NCBI GenBank assembly: GCA_040905465.1 | Contig: JBBDRK010000018.1 | Location: forward strand, 2,475-52,428 | DNA length: 49,954 nt | Direction: 5' to 3' | Source of the DNA: Trueperaceae bacterium | GTDB taxonomy: Bacteria > Deinococcota > Deinococci > Deinococcales > Trueperaceae | Part shown: positions 26,946 to 36,646 of the stretch, piece after piece | Position numbering within the stretch: position 1 is the stretch's first letter | Layout: every line of letters starts with the position of its first letter | Translations under genes and position numbers: made by a program | The notes under the pieces: generated by a model | What the model was told of the DNA's origin: nothing | What the model saw: only the letters and a program-made list of their open reading frames with translations | The model's database searches: none

Positions 26946-28187
26946 ATGAATCGAATCGTAACAATCGCTATAGTGGCCGCCGTAATCGGATGGGCTTCCG
27001 CCCAGCCGCTGCAGTTCTGGAAGTTCGGAACCGCGGAAGAGCCTGCCAACCAGGCTCTGAGTCAATGGGTGGAGCAATGGAACGAGCTGAACCCCGACGC
27101 CCAGTTCGAGGCCCGCTATTTCCCGTTCGGCGAGTACGCCGGCGGACCGGTTCTCACCACAGCGTTCGCGTCGGGCACCGGGCCGGACGTGTTCTGGGCT
27201 TCGCCCGGCACCTTCATGCAGTTTGCCCAGGGCGGAGTTGCAGCCGACCTTTCCGACCTCTTCACGGAGGAGCTGCGCGCCGACTTGCTGCCGGCTGCGG
27301 TTGACGCGGTATCGGTGGGCGGCGTGCCTTACTCGATGCCGTTCGAGCAGGAGCCAGTCGCCCTCTTCTACAACAAGACCTTGCTGGCGGAGGCCGGCGT
27401 GGATGTTCCCCAGACGTGGGACGAGTTGATCGATGCAGCCGAGAAGCTCGAAGCGGCCGACATCATACCGATCGTCATAGAGGTCGCCCCGGGTCCGTAC
27501 CAGAACTTCACCTGGTACCCGTTCCTGTGGCAGACCGGGGCCGACGCGGCTACCGACGATCTCTCCGAGGCCACCTTCGACAGCGAAGGCACGGCGGCGG
27601 CGCTCGACCTGTGGCGCACGTTGATTCAGGAGGGCTACGCGCCACGCACGCAGACCGACTGCACCTGTAACGTTGCGTCCACACCGTTCGCCAGCGGTGA
27701 AGCCGCCATGCAGGTCGTCGGCATGTGGGCGATCGGCGTCCTTCAGAACGAGTTCCCCGACATCGACTTCGGAATCGCCCACCTGCCAACACCGACCGGT
27801 GAGGACCCGGTAACCGTGTACGGCGGCTGGACCCAGATGGTCAACACGCGCAGCGACAACCTCGAGGCGGCCAAGGCCTTCACCGCCTGGATGTGGGCGC
27901 AGGACGTGGAGCGCCCGGTCGAGTGGGCCACCGAGGTCAACTCCAAGTTCAGCCCGCGTCGTTCGGTGGTCGAGGCGGCCAGCGAGTTCTACGGTCGGCC
28001 GCACCTCAGCACGTTCCGTGACGTCATCCTGCCGACGGCCCGCGCGGAACCGCGCTACCCGGGCGAGATGGTCACGATCATCGGCGACGCGCTGCAGTCG
28101 GCCATGTTCCGCAACACGCCAGGCGAACGCGCTGCCGAGCAGGCCCAGCGCGAACTCGACCGCTTCGTTCGCTCCTACAACCCCTGA
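26946..28187 (+). CDS. Carbohydrate ABC transporter substrate-binding protein
   Basis: Signal peptide; GPDVF, LFYNKTLL..AG..PQTWDEL, FASGEAAM motifs. Confidence 0.93.
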   Translation: MNRIVTIAIVAAVIGWASAQPLQFWKFGTAEEPANQALSQWVEQWNELNPDAQFEARYFPFGEYAGGPVLTTAFASGTGPDVFWASPGTFMQFAQGGVAADLSDLFTEELRADLLPAAVDAVSVGGVPYSMPFEQEPVALFYNKTLLAEAGVDVPQTWDELIDAAEKLEAADIIPIVIEVAPGPYQNFTWYPFLWQTGADAATDDLSEATFDSEGTAAALDLWRTLIQEGYAPRTQTDCTCNVASTPFASGEAAMQVVGMWAIGVLQNEFPDIDFGIAHLPTPTGEDPVTVYGGWTQMVNTRSDNLEAAKAFTAWMWAQDVERPVEWATEVNSKFSPRRSVVEAASEFYGRPHLSTFRDVILPTARAEPRYPGEMVTIIGDALQSAMFRNTPGERAAEQAQRELDRFVRSYNP

Positions 28188-28229
28188 ACGGTACCCTCGA
28201 TCGTTCCGTTCAGGAGCCGGCCGATCGCC

Positions 28230-28269
28230 GGGGGGGGGGGGGGGGGGGTGGGGGGCCCCCCCCCCCCCC
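28230..28269. repeat. G19-T-G6-C14 homopolymer tract (hairpin or G4 potential; possible sequencing artefact)
   Basis: Direct reading; lies in the SBP-permease intergenic region, just after a 9-bp inverted repeat (28183-28214). Confidence 0.6.
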
Positions 28270-28409
28270 TTCCCGCCCACTGCCGACGCGGCCGGAACCG
28301 TACCGGCGACCGAGTTGGACGTCCAGCCGCCGCTGCACGACGAGGCGGCATGCTGCTCAGATGGGCGAAGGCGATTCGTACTCCTATAAGGGGAGAGTGA
28401 GGTAAGCAG

Positions 28410-29312
28410 ATGGTCACGAGCCGACAACCGCGGAAGCGGGCACCGGCCTCGCGCAAACGCCGGGAATGGCTGACCGGTTACGGATTCCTCCTTCCCGATC
28501 TGCTCGGGTTGCTGGTGTTCGTGCTCTTCCCGATCGGCTACGCCTTCTACATCAGCCTCAACAGCTGGAACGCCCTGTCTCCCATGCGCTGGGCCGGCAC
28601 GGCGAATTACACCAGGCTGCTGTCGGATTGGCAGTTCTGGGACTCGCTCAAGATCACGCTTCTCTACACCGTCGCCTACGTCCCCATCCTCTTCGCGGTG
28701 TCGCTGGGCCTGGCACTGCTGGTGAATCAGCGGCTGCCGGCGATGAACTTCTTCCGCACGCTCTTCTTCGTGCCGGTGGTACTGAGCCTGGTGGTCTCGT
28801 CGCTGATGTGGAAGTACATATTCGATGAACGCGCCGGACTGCTGAACTATCTTCTGAGCTTCGTCGGGATCGAGCCTCAGCCCTGGTTGGGGTCGGTCGA
28901 GCTGGCCCTGCCGGCGATCATCGTCGTGAGCGTGTGGATCCAGATGGGTTATTTCATGGTGATCTTCATCGCCGGGCTGCAGGACATACCGAGGATCTAC
29001 TACGACGCCGCCAAGATCGACGGAGCCAACGCCTGGCAGTCGTTCTGGAACATCTCCTTGCCGCTGCTCAAGCCGACCAGCCTGTTCGTGCTGGTTATCT
29101 CGCTCATCGGCTCGTTCCAGGTGTTCGACCAGATCTGGGTCATGACCCAGGGAGGTCCGGCCGGAGCCACCAGGGTCACGGTGGTGTACATCTACCAGCA
29201 GGCGTTCCAGTACCTGAACCTCGGTTACGGAAGCGCCATGGCGTTCGCGCTGTTCCTGGTGATCCTGGTGATCAGTCTCGTGCAGTTCCGGCTCCTGAGG
29301 ACGCAAGCGTGA
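28410..29312 (+). CDS. Carbohydrate ABC transporter permease (MalF-like)
   Basis: EAA-type loop YYDAAKIDGA; FQVFDQIWVMTQGGP. Confidence 0.93.
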   Translation: MVTSRQPRKRAPASRKRREWLTGYGFLLPDLLGLLVFVLFPIGYAFYISLNSWNALSPMRWAGTANYTRLLSDWQFWDSLKITLLYTVAYVPILFAVSLGLALLVNQRLPAMNFFRTLFFVPVVLSLVVSSLMWKYIFDERAGLLNYLLSFVGIEPQPWLGSVELALPAIIVVSVWIQMGYFMVIFIAGLQDIPRIYYDAAKIDGANAWQSFWNISLPLLKPTSLFVLVISLIGSFQVFDQIWVMTQGGPAGATRVTVVYIYQQAFQYLNLGYGSAMAFALFLVILVISLVQFRLLRTQA

Positions 29313-29329
29313 GCGGGGGAGCGCAGGGC

Positions 29330-30199
29330 ATGAACAGGAGCGTCCCCTCTTCGACCACCGGCAAGGCGGGCCGCCGGTCGATTCGCCTGGCGCCGGCCAC
29401 AATACTCACCTATCTCCTTTGTCTGCTGGTCACGTTGATAACGCTGGTGCCGTTCGTATGGATGGTTCTGGGTTCGCTCAAGACCGCGGCCGAGGCGGCG
29501 CAGTACCCGCCGGTGCTGCTGCCGAGCGTCTTCGCCTGGCACAACTACGTCGAAGTGTTCACGACCGCGCCGTTCCTCCGCTACATCTTCAACTCGTTCC
29601 TGGTTGCCTCGAGTGTCACCTTGATAGCGCTGCTGTTTCATGCGATGGCGGCCTACTCGCTGGCGCGTCTGAAGTATCCGGGCCGCGACATTCTGTTCGT
29701 CGTCATCATCGCTACACTGATGATCCCGTTCTCGATCACGCTCATCCCCAGCTTCATCATCGTTCGCTCGCTTGGCTGGCTCGACAGCTACTGGGCGCTG
29801 ATCGTGCCGCCGATCTTCAACGCCTTCGGCATCTTCCTGCTGCGCCAGTTCTACCTGGGGATACCGGTCGAGCTGGAGGAGGCGGCACTGCTCGATGGAG
29901 ACACTCCCGCCGGCATCTTCTGGCACATCGCCCTGCCGTTGAGTCAGCCGATCCTGGCCACTCTGGCCGTGTTCTTCTGGCTGTTCAACTGGAACAATTA
30001 CCTGTGGCCGTTGATCGTCACTCAGTCGCCCGAAATGCGGGTGATTCAGGTGGGGATTGCCGCTTTCGCCGGCGAGCACACCACTCAGTGGCAACTGATC
30101 ATGGCCGGCTCCACCTTGGCGGCCATCCCCGGTCTGATCCTCTACGTCTTTCTGCAGCGTTACCTGATCGAGGGCATCAAGCTCTCGGGGTTGAAGTGA
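29330..30199 (+). CDS. Carbohydrate ABC transporter permease (MalG-like)
   Basis: ELEEAALLDG; WNNYLWPL; start at ATG 29330 (alternative GTG 29309). Confidence 0.92.
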   Translation: MNRSVPSSTTGKAGRRSIRLAPATILTYLLCLLVTLITLVPFVWMVLGSLKTAAEAAQYPPVLLPSVFAWHNYVEVFTTAPFLRYIFNSFLVASSVTLIALLFHAMAAYSLARLKYPGRDILFVVIIATLMIPFSITLIPSFIIVRSLGWLDSYWALIVPPIFNAFGIFLLRQFYLGIPVELEEAALLDGDTPAGIFWHIALPLSQPILATLAVFFWLFNWNNYLWPLIVTQSPEMRVIQVGIAAFAGEHTTQWQLIMAGSTLAAIPGLILYVFLQRYLIEGIKLSGLK

Positions 30200-30231
30200 G
30201 GCGCCCGAAGCCGGGCGGTGGGAGGAGGACG

Positions 30232-31344
30232 ATGTTCCGAACACGAGCTAATTTCGCTTCTGTCGGGCCCCCGGCCGCGTTCAAGCGGCTGGCGCTCGCC
30301 GTCTTTTTGATGGCGGCGTCGGCACAGGCGCAGCCGCCCGAAGCGCTCATACGTTCGGTGGAGACCGAAAAGGTAGCGGCACTCACCGGTCCGGAGGCGC
30401 CGGGCGAGATGCGCCGACCGGACATCTGCGGCACCGATATCGGCACTATGGCCGAATTGGGCGGGCGCATCTACTTCGCCTTCGGCGACACCTTCGGCTA
30501 CCGCGGCGAGGAGTGCCCCAAGTTCGGACCCAACTGGCGCTCGAACGTCCTGGCGAGCACCGGCGACCACGACCCGGCGGACGGAATAGTGCTCCAGCAG
30601 TGGCTCACCGGCAGTAGAGGCTCGGCGGTGGCCATGACCGAGGGCGCTCACCAGCCGGCGTTCAGCGGGGAACAGACCCGGATCCCGACGGCCATGATCG
30701 CGGTCGAGGATAGGTTGTACGTTCACTACATGTCGGTGCACGGCTTCGCGGCCCAAGGAGGAGTATGGAGCTGCAACTTCTCCCGCTTCCTCTATTCCGA
30801 CGATCTGGGAGAGTCGTGGCGCGAGGCGGAAGAGGTGTTCGGAGACGCCGAGGCAGGGTTCAACATGCTCGCCCTCGCCGCTGCCGGCGAGGGCCAGGAC
30901 CGTTATGTCTACGCTATCGGCACGCCTTGCGGCCGCTTCGGCGGCGCCCGCGCCGCACGGGTCGCGCCGAATGCCATCCTCGACAGTGGCGCCTGGGAAT
31001 ACTTCACCGGAGATGGGTGGAGTGGCGAGCGGGGGGAGGCCGGCGAGGTGATCCCGGAGCCGGTGGGGGAGGGCAGCCTGGTGTGGAACGAGGGCCTGGG
31101 GCGGTGGCTGTACTCCTACCTCAACGAGCACTCCGCGGCGCTCGAGCTCCGCGAGGCGTTGAACCCCTGGGGACCATGGTCGGAACCGGTGACGCTGGCT
31201 ACGGCCGGTCGCTTCCCCCAACTCTACGGCGCTTACATGACGCCCTCGTTCATCTCGACGGATGGCCGTACCGTCTACTTCGTGATGTCGCAATTCGGTC
31301 CCTATAACACCTTCATCATGAAGGCTACTCTCGGCCTCGAATGA
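30232..31344 (+). CDS. Secreted DUF4185 protein (GH183-like endo-D-arabinanase candidate)
   Basis: RBS GGAGGAGG; signal peptide AQA-Q; GTDIG, FGDTF, WRSN, IPT, LYGAY motifs. Confidence 0.78.
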   Translation: MFRTRANFASVGPPAAFKRLALAVFLMAASAQAQPPEALIRSVETEKVAALTGPEAPGEMRRPDICGTDIGTMAELGGRIYFAFGDTFGYRGEECPKFGPNWRSNVLASTGDHDPADGIVLQQWLTGSRGSAVAMTEGAHQPAFSGEQTRIPTAMIAVEDRLYVHYMSVHGFAAQGGVWSCNFSRFLYSDDLGESWREAEEVFGDAEAGFNMLALAAAGEGQDRYVYAIGTPCGRFGGARAARVAPNAILDSGAWEYFTGDGWSGERGEAGEVIPEPVGEGSLVWNEGLGRWLYSYLNEHSAALELREALNPWGPWSEPVTLATAGRFPQLYGAYMTPSFISTDGRTVYFVMSQFGPYNTFIMKATLGLE

Positions 31345-31435
31345 GCCGTGAGCAGATACCCGGGCGAGCGGGCCCTTCCGGGCAGGGGCCGGGCCGGACG
31401 GCGACAGGCGACGAAACTACCTGGAGGTTACCTAC

Positions 31436-32596
31436 GTGACGCAGAACGCTGGACTCTCACCCCTTCGTGGCCTTGCCAAACTCCGCGAAGCCCGAACTCG
31501 CCGCTTCTCCAGCTTCGACAGGAGTGGGGGCAACGACGACCGGCTCCACATCCGACCGGGGGAGACGGTTACCATCGCCGAGACGAGCGGCGCCGGGATA
31601 GTGACCCACATCTGGGTGACGATCGACTGCAAGAGCCGTCACTTCCTCCGCAAGATAGTCCTGCGGGGCTTCTGGGACGGGGAGGAGGGGCCGAGCATCG
31701 AATGTCCGATCGGCGACTTCTTCGGAATGGGCCACGGCCAGACCCGCAACTTCGCCAGCCTCCCGCTGCAGATGAGCCCTCAGGACGGCAAGGCCTTCAA
31801 CTGCTACTTCCCGATGCCGTTCGTGACGGGAATGCGCTTCACCATAAGCAGCGATTGTGAAGACGAGGTGCTGTTCTACTACTACGTCGACTATGAGGAG
31901 CACGACCGGCTCGAGGAGGGCATGGGGCGGTTCCACGCTCAGTGGCGCAAGTCGATCCCCGAGGGCGACGAGCAGGGCGCGCTCAGCAACGAGGAGTACC
32001 TGTTCAGTGGTGTGAATACCGACGGGAAGCGTAATTACACCATCCTCGAGGCGACAGGGCACGGGCACTATGTCGGTTGCCTGTACTCGCTCTACTCGTT
32101 GAGGCGGTCGCCCGAGTGGGATTGGTACGGCGAGGGTGACGACATGATCTTCGTCGACGGTGCACCGGGAGTGAGCGTTCCCGACGGCGGCCGCCAGCGG
32201 CCGGCGGCGGGCGAGCCGATCGAGCCGCGGCCTGAGAGCTCGCCAGGCGCCAACGACGCCTGGCCGCCCACGCTGCACGGGACCGGCACCGAGGACTACT
32301 TCAACACCGCCTGGTGCCCGACCCAGGAGTACAACGGCCCTTACCACGGCATACTCGCCGGCGGCGGACCCAACTGGACCGATCCGGTGACGGTGTACCG
32401 CTTCCACGTGGAGGACCCGGTAGTCTTTCAACGCGACATTAGGGTCACTATCGAGCATGGACACGCCAACCGGCGCAGCGACGAGGTCAGCACCGTCGCC
32501 TTCTGGTACCAGACGGAACCGCACCTGCCGTTCCCGCCGCTTCCCGAGGCGGCCGAGCGCGTCCCCAGCTTCCGTCTGCCGTTCGAGGAGCGGTAA
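31436..32596 (+). CDS. DUF2961 / GH172 glycoside hydrolase (alpha-D-arabinofuranosidase or alpha-D-fructofuranosidase type)
   Basis: SSFDRSGGNDD, GAGIVTHIW, FNCYFPMPF, WYGEGDDM, GTGTEDYFN, IEHGHAN motifs. Confidence 0.9.
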   Translation: MTQNAGLSPLRGLAKLREARTRRFSSFDRSGGNDDRLHIRPGETVTIAETSGAGIVTHIWVTIDCKSRHFLRKIVLRGFWDGEEGPSIECPIGDFFGMGHGQTRNFASLPLQMSPQDGKAFNCYFPMPFVTGMRFTISSDCEDEVLFYYYVDYEEHDRLEEGMGRFHAQWRKSIPEGDEQGALSNEEYLFSGVNTDGKRNYTILEATGHGHYVGCLYSLYSLRRSPEWDWYGEGDDMIFVDGAPGVSVPDGGRQRPAAGEPIEPRPESSPGANDAWPPTLHGTGTEDYFNTAWCPTQEYNGPYHGILAGGGPNWTDPVTVYRFHVEDPVVFQRDIRVTIEHGHANRRSDEVSTVAFWYQTEPHLPFPPLPEAAERVPSFRLPFEER

Positions 32597-34213
32597 GTGG
32601 CCGGGGAGGGAGCGGTTTACCTGGTAGCCAGCGGCGACCTGCGGCTGGCCGCGAACCGGATGTGCTGGCCGGCCCAGGCCGAGATGGAGCGCCTCCTGAG
32701 CGAAGCGTTCGCGGCCGAAGGGGTCGAAGTAGTTCGGGCGCACGGATTCGACGAGCAAGAGGGGCACGGTTTCATCAGCAGCCAGCGGATGGGCATGGAC
32801 GTGTTTCGGGAGATCCCACGCGACGCCCGGGTCGTTGTGGCCGAAGCGGTCTGGCAGTACAGCCATCATGTCCTCGCCGGGTTGCGGAGCCACCGCGGGC
32901 CGGTACTGACCGTCGCCAACTGGAGCGGCCAGTGGCCCGGACTGGTGGGCATGTTGAACCTCAACGGATCGCTGACCAAGGCCGGCGTGCGCTACAGCAC
33001 CCTGTGGAGCGAGTCGTTCGGCGACGAGTTCTTCCGCTCCGGTCTCCGCGCCTGGATCCGTGGCGGCACGGTGGAACACGACGCCAGTCATGTTCGTGAC
33101 CTCGACGAGTCCGAGCTGCCCGCTCGGGCGCTGGAGCTCGGCCGTCGCCTGGCAGCTGAGCTGGATACTTCGAAGGCGATCCTCGGCGTCTTCGACGAAG
33201 GCTGCATGGGCATGTACAACGCCATCGTCGACGACGAGATGCTCAACCCGCTGGGCATCTACAAGGAGCGCCTGAGCCAGTCCGCGCTGTTGGCGGAGAT
33301 GCGGCGAGTCGCCGATAGCGAGGCACGGGACGTGCGGCGCTGGCTCGATGACCGCGGTCTGACTTTCATTACCGGCAGCGACGAGGCCACCGAGTTGACC
33401 GACGGCCAGATCCTGGAACAGTGTCGGATGTACGTCGCCGTTCTGCGGATCGCCGCCGATTTCGGTTGTGACGCGGTCGGTATTCAGTACCAGCAGGGCC
33501 TCAAGGACATGGCGCCGGCCAGCGACCTGGTCGAGGGCCTGCTGAACAACGTGGAACGGCCCCCGGTCCTGGCTCGGGGTGGCGGCCAAGAGCTGTACCC
33601 GGGCAAGGCGCTGCCTCACTTCAACGAGGTCGACGAGGCAGCGGCGGTGGATGCGCTGGTGACCAATCGGGTGTGGACCGCGCTCGGCTTCGATCCGGCG
33701 ACCACGCTCCACGACCTGCGCTGGGGCGAGCACTTCTCTGGCGACCGCGTCGACGACTTCGTGTGGGTGTTCGAGATCTCGGGAGCCGCACCGGCTTCGC
33801 ACTTCGCTGGCGGCTACGCGGGCGCGGTGAGCGAGAGGCAGCCGCCCATGTTCTTTCCGCTCGGCGGCGGCACCCTCAAGGGGGTGTCGAAACCCGGCGA
33901 GGTGGTGTGGAGCCGGGTGTTCGTGATGGACGGGGCTCTGCACGTCGATCTCGGCCGTGCCACGGCGGTGGAGCTGCCGGCTGCCGAGACGGAGCGGCGC
34001 TGGCAGGCGACGACGCCGCAGTGGCCGATGATGCACGCCGTGCTGCACGGCGTGAGCCGCGACCAGATGATGGGGCGCCACAAGGCGAACCATATTCAGG
34101 TCGCCTACGCGCCGAACGCCGCTGATGCCGAACTGGCCCTTGCCGCCAAGGCCGCGATGTTCCGGCGGATGGGCGTCATCGTGCACCTGTGCGGCGTGGT
34201 GGGGTTCGAGTGA
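32597..34213 (+). CDS. L-fucose/D-arabinose isomerase family protein
   Basis: ASGDLRL.AN..CW, ANWSGQWPGLVG, GCMGMYNA, GIQYQQG, HFNEVDE motifs. Confidence 0.8.
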   Translation: MAGEGAVYLVASGDLRLAANRMCWPAQAEMERLLSEAFAAEGVEVVRAHGFDEQEGHGFISSQRMGMDVFREIPRDARVVVAEAVWQYSHHVLAGLRSHRGPVLTVANWSGQWPGLVGMLNLNGSLTKAGVRYSTLWSESFGDEFFRSGLRAWIRGGTVEHDASHVRDLDESELPARALELGRRLAAELDTSKAILGVFDEGCMGMYNAIVDDEMLNPLGIYKERLSQSALLAEMRRVADSEARDVRRWLDDRGLTFITGSDEATELTDGQILEQCRMYVAVLRIAADFGCDAVGIQYQQGLKDMAPASDLVEGLLNNVERPPVLARGGGQELYPGKALPHFNEVDEAAAVDALVTNRVWTALGFDPATTLHDLRWGEHFSGDRVDDFVWVFEISGAAPASHFAGGYAGAVSERQPPMFFPLGGGTLKGVSKPGEVVWSRVFVMDGALHVDLGRATAVELPAAETERRWQATTPQWPMMHAVLHGVSRDQMMGRHKANHIQVAYAPNAADAELALAAKAAMFRRMGVIVHLCGVVGFE

Positions 34214-35709
34214 TGGGAAGTCTGCTGCTCGGCATCGACGTAGGCACCTACTCGTCCAAGGGCGTGCTGGTGAGCGCCGAGGGTGAGGTGCTGCGCACTC
34301 ATGTGGTGGCCCACACCATGGAAGTGCCGCGGCCGGGCTGGGCGGAACAGGACGCCGATGCAGTCTGGTGGGGCGACCTGGTCGAGTTGTGCCGGATGCT
34401 GCTCGATGGCGATCCTTACAGCGGCGCGGACGTAGCCGGAGTGGCGGTGAGCGCCATCGGTGCCTGCCTGCTGCCGCTCGACGAACGGGGCCGACCGCTG
34501 CGCAAGGGGATCCTCTACGGGGTGGACACCCGTGCGGAGGAGGAGATCGGACTTCTCAACAGCTCACTCGGCGAGGAGGAGGTCTTCCGCTTCTCCAAGA
34601 TGACGTTCACCAGCCAGGCGATCGGGCCGAAGATCGTGTGGCTGCAGCGACACGAGCCCGACGTATGGAGGCGGACGAAGCGCCTGACCACGGCCAGTTC
34701 GTACCTGGTCTACCGGCTTACCGGCGAGCATGCGATCGACCGCCACACGGCCGGCCACTACATGCCGCTGCTCGATCCGGCGACCGGCGAGTGGTCGGAG
34801 CGGTTCGCAGAGCAGGTCGCTCCGCTCTCCATGCTGCCGCGACTGGGCTGGAGCGACGAAAAAGCCGGTGAGGTCAGCTCGGCGGGCGCCAGCGAAACGG
34901 GCCTGATGGCCGGAACGCCGGTGGCGGTGGGAGCGGTCGACGCTCTGTCGGAGGCGATCAGCGTAGGCGCGGTGGAGCCGGGAGACCTGATGATCATGTA
35001 CGGCTCGACGGCGTTCTTCATCCTGGTAGGGGAGCGGCCGGTTCCAGACCGAAGAACTTGGTCGGTGCCAGGGGCGTTCGCGGGCCAGCACAATCTTGCC
35101 GCCGGCATGGCTACTACCGGTTCGCTGACCCGCTGGTTCCGCGACGAGCTGGCGCGCGAGCTTCCCGAGGAGCAGGCGTACGGCGTGCTGTTCGAGGCTG
35201 CCTCGCGGGTTGCGCCCGGTTCCGAGGGCCTGCTGATGCTCCCCTATTTCAGCGGCGAGCGCACCCCGATCAACGACGCCCGGGCGCGCGGCGTGATCGC
35301 CGGGCTGAGCCTGTCCCACACTCGCGAACACCTGTTCCGGGCGGTTCTGGAGAGTGTGGCCTACGGCATCCGCCACAACCTCGAGACGTTCCGGGAGATG
35401 GGCGCCTCCATCAACCGGATCGTGGCAGTGGGCGGCGGGGCTCAGAGCGACGTGTGGTTGCGGATCGTTTCGGACGTGAGCGGAGTGTCCCAGATCCTGC
35501 CTCGGCAGACGATCGGTGCAAGCTACGGAGACGCATTCCTCGCCGGGCGCGCCGCAGGGCTGCTCGAACGGGCCGATCTGGCGAACTGGGTGCAGGTGCG
35601 GGAGGAGATCGAACCCGACGGCCACCGGCAGGCGGCCTACGAGCCGCTTTACCAGGACTTCCTGGCGCTGTACAGGCAGACCAGGGAGATCGTCCACCGC
35701 CTGGGGTGA
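34213..35709 (+). CDS. FGGY family carbohydrate (pentulose) kinase
   Basis: LGIDVGTYSSK, PGWAEQD, PYFSGERTP, GGGAQS. Confidence 0.92.
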   Translation: MGSLLLGIDVGTYSSKGVLVSAEGEVLRTHVVAHTMEVPRPGWAEQDADAVWWGDLVELCRMLLDGDPYSGADVAGVAVSAIGACLLPLDERGRPLRKGILYGVDTRAEEEIGLLNSSLGEEEVFRFSKMTFTSQAIGPKIVWLQRHEPDVWRRTKRLTTASSYLVYRLTGEHAIDRHTAGHYMPLLDPATGEWSERFAEQVAPLSMLPRLGWSDEKAGEVSSAGASETGLMAGTPVAVGAVDALSEAISVGAVEPGDLMIMYGSTAFFILVGERPVPDRRTWSVPGAFAGQHNLAAGMATTGSLTRWFRDELARELPEEQAYGVLFEAASRVAPGSEGLLMLPYFSGERTPINDARARGVIAGLSLSHTREHLFRAVLESVAYGIRHNLETFREMGASINRIVAVGGGAQSDVWLRIVSDVSGVSQILPRQTIGASYGDAFLAGRAAGLLERADLANWVQVREEIEPDGHRQAAYEPLYQDFLALYRQTREIVHRLG

Positions 35710-35721
35710 AGGCCCCGATCC

Positions 35722-36144
35722 CTACTCCCGACCCTGCTCGAGCACAACAACAGAACCTTGGATGATCGATCGCGCTGCTGCGATCGCCGCTTCCGCGTCG
35801 CGTCGGCCATAGGCCTCGCTGGGAGTAAGGTCCGGCAGTGAGTCCGGGTAGCGCGTCGGGATGTAGTGCCGGTCGAGCAGCTTCGCTTCGTCCAGGAGCG
35901 GCGCGAGCAGGTCTCTTGGCTTGCCGGTCGGAAGTGTGGTGATGAGTCGGGTGATCGAATGTCCCAACGATTCCTGGTCAAGCGCCCGCCATACCGCCTT
36001 AACGCCCTTTTCGGCACTCTGTTGTGCGTAAAATGATGCCTGGGCGTGCTTGCCACGCTCCATCAGGATCTCGGCCGCTTGCAGGTCATCATGCGCCTGA
36101 GCGAGCCACCGTTGCGCTTCGAGCAGCAGTCTTTCGGTACTCAC
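35722..36144 (-). CDS. HEPN domain protein
   Basis: WLAQAHDDL..A, FYAQQSAEKGVKA, HSITRL, HYIPTRYPD. Confidence 0.9.
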   Translation of the reverse strand: MSTERLLLEAQRWLAQAHDDLQAAEILMERGKHAQASFYAQQSAEKGVKAVWRALDQESLGHSITRLITTLPTGKPRDLLAPLLDEAKLLDRHYIPTRYPDSLPDLTPSEAYGRRDAEAAIAAARSIIQGSVVVLEQGRE

Positions 36145-36503
36145 GGTGTTTCCTCTCGCTGGTAGAGGACCACTCCCTCGCGCAATATCCGCCGAATGAA
36201 CGGGGAGTCTCGTCGCTCCGCCAGTTCATCGGGCCGGTAAACGATGATGTCGATGCCGTACTCAGGGGCCAGCGGCATGTGGTGCATTACCTCGGCGACG
36301 CGGTCCAGTGGCTTCTCAGCTGTCTCCATCACGATGAACAGGTCCAGGTCACTATGCTTGCTCTGCGTGCCTCGTGCTCTCGAGCCGAAGAGGATGACTT
36401 GCTCCGGTTGCAAATCCCGGACCAGACTGGCGACCGCCTCCAGCAGCTCCGCATCGAGTTCGCCGGCGATCTGTCCGTGAGGAATACCGAGTTCGGGCTG
36501 CAC
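36141..36503 (-). CDS. Minimal nucleotidyltransferase (MNT), probably leaderless
   Basis: LFGSRARG…SDLDL; GTG 36503 preceded by TACAAT 6 nt upstream; coupled to the HEPN gene. Confidence 0.88.
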   Translation of the reverse strand: MQPELGIPHGQIAGELDAELLEAVASLVRDLQPEQVILFGSRARGTQSKHSDLDLFIVMETAEKPLDRVAEVMHHMPLAPEYGIDIIVYRPDELAERRDSPFIRRILREGVVLYQREETP

Positions 36504-36646
36504 GTGTCGATTGTACTCGCGATGAGGAGTGGCATTGGGAGCCGGCCAAAGGTCGCCCGAAGTATGTCGCCCGAGGTCGGTAGCCTGGTCGCCGTGGCAA
36601 AAGCCGGACAAGGCCGCGGCAACCGAGTTCGCGATATCGTAGACGG

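Noticed and set aside
28175-28456. Poly-Gly/poly-Pro ORFs across the G/C tract
   Set aside because: By-products of the homopolymer run in an intergenic spacer; no RBS or coding signature
26925-34186. Very long minus-strand ORFs (825 aa at 26925-29402, 909 aa at 31457-34186) and similar antisense ORFs elsewhere
   Set aside because: Shadow frames of well-supported genes on the opposite strand in high-GC DNA; no motifs
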